A stretch of DNA of 64,000 nt from Naegleria gruberi (Eukaryota), in NCBI GenBank assembly GCA_000004985.1, contig GG738915.1. One strand, written 5' to 3'. Under the pieces are notes generated by a model. It was not told where the DNA came from. It saw only the letters and a program-made list of their open reading frames with translations, and ran no database searches. Position 1 is the first letter of the stretch, and the number at the start of each line of letters is the position of its first letter. Made by a program: the position numbers and the translations under genes. This document shows positions 63,143 to 64,000 of the stretch, one piece after another.

Positions 63143-63250
63143 CACCACCACCACCACCACCACCACCACATGAATATATTATTATCAATAATTCGTCGTC
63201 TCATCATCAACATCATCATCTCATCATCATCTCATCAACATCATCATCAT
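63143..63250. repeat. (CCA)n and (CATCAT)n microsatellites.
   Basis: 'caccaccaccaccaccaccacca...catcatcaacatcatcatctcatcatcatctcatcaacatcatcatcatc'. They are responsible for the low-complexity ORF 63127..63426. Confidence 0.85.
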
Positions 63251-64000
63251 CAAATAGACAAAAGGAAGGAGGATGGAAATTATTAAACTTGTTGGATAAT
63301 TCAATCATGATTCAGGATCATCTTTCCACTATTGATGCCATTCCTTGCTTTGCTGTTACTGGTGGTTCTTCTAGTGGTTCTCCTCAATACCTTCCTGTAC
63401 ACAGAAATGACATGTTTCTATTGTAATGTGTTGAATAATAAATTTAATGAAATATTTATTGTAATATTATATTTAATTATTACATTGTAATGACAATTGA
63501 ATATTTATTGAAAACATTGTAATAACATTCCAAGTTGAATCCACTTTAATCTTTACATTTTGGGTTTTATTCAAGTCCAAATTGGTCAATTGAAAAAGTA
63601 TAATAGGCAATGATTAATTGGGATTCAGAATCGATAGAGTGTACAATAAGCTTACTTTTCAAAGAACGCAAGCGACCTCTCTTCCTGTACTCGTTAAAGT
63701 TAGGGTGAAAGTAACCTCCCAACGTACTTTCAAAAAAGCCTCGTACGGGTTCCTTCACCATCAAACCACATACAGAGAAAATTTACAGTAATTTTTAAGG
63801 ATATTAGGTTGAACCATTCTTGATCGGGCACTTCTTAAGGAAACTCTGAGAGTATATCATTGTGAATTATTGAAGATTGTTTAAATTATTAACTACATCC
63901 CGAAGAAGGAGTGTAGAAATTGTATCATATTGTATAGATAGCTAAACATAAGAAGGATGAGGAATTTTCGACAATACAAATCATCGACTGTACAGGTATC

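Larger units (their letters stand above)
58288..63760. mobile_element. Putative DNA transposon of about 5.5 kb (CACTA/Transposase_21 superfamily), with approximate boundaries set by related flanking repeats.
   Basis: It contains the transposase gene and a divergent partner gene. The same 15-mer occurs in inverted orientation at both ends (CCCGTACGAGGCTTT at 58298-58312 and AAAGCCTCGTACGGG at 63737-63751). Next to it are related direct motifs, GTTAAAGTAcgaaccAAAGTAACCTCtCC at 58324-58352 and GTTAAAGTtagggtgAAAGTAACCTCCC at 63693-63720. Confidence 0.4.

Noticed and set aside
63737-63800. Possible U6 or U5 snRNA near the right flank, based on 'ATACAGAGAA' and a 'GGCTTTTTTGAAAG' loop-like sequence.
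   Set aside because: The U6 AGC triad and 'GATTAGCA' box are absent, and the U5 loop-1 consensus GCCUUUUACUA is not matched. The similarity is limited to short A/T-rich words. I treated the sequence as part of the flanking repeat instead.

Overview
This is a eukaryotic nuclear genome window. It is AT-rich (about 30-35% GC), gene-dense, and has few, short spliceosomal introns (about 25-180 nt, GTAAGT or GTATGT donors, AG acceptors). That pattern fits a free-living protist, perhaps a heterolobosean or amoeba-like genome, but the sequence alone does not fix the taxon. I can support about 35 protein-coding genes on both strands. Several start sites in the ORF track are TTG/GTG artefacts of the ORF caller, and I moved those starts to the first in-frame ATG.

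Confidently assigned genes include:
- a mitochondrial-type prolyl-tRNA synthetase;
- a type-I PIP5K lipid kinase;
- TFIIB;
- GINS subunit PSF1;
- the RCE1 CAAX protease;
- a CAX Ca2+/H+ exchanger (4 exons);
- a GMC oxidoreductase (2 exons);
- a short-chain dehydrogenase;
- an SLC35/TPT transporter;
- an alpha/beta hydrolase;
- an actin-related protein;
- a C9orf72-like DENN protein;
- a multi-saposin (prosaposin/amoebapore-like) precursor (3 exons);
- a CWC25-like splicing factor;
- a YKT6 longin fragment truncated by a 154-N assembly gap;
- a partial secreted G8/beta-helix protein at the window start.

The things most worth a second look are:
1. A roughly 5.5 kb putative DNA transposon at about 58.3-63.8 kb. 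It carries a 4-exon CACTA/EnSpm-type (Transposase_21) transposase, a divergently transcribed partner gene, and related flanking repeats. Its last exon looks frame-decayed.
2. A compositionally foreign gene at 32.1-34.2 kb: about 45% GC, intronless, with no recognisable domain. It is a candidate horizontal or viral acquisition.
3. Eight F-box genes in 64 kb, several with unusual fusions: F-box with a Ras-like GTPase; F-box with a ZZ zinc finger and chromodomain; F-box with C2HC zinc fingers; F-box/LRR three times; F-box/WD40.
4. A UBC (E2) domain, RNI-type LRRs and an RRM arranged as one gene that is split into two ORFs by an apparent 1-nt frameshift near 38.59 kb.
5. Ultra-short introns of 25 nt and possibly 24 nt.

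No rRNA, tRNA or CRISPR features could be supported.
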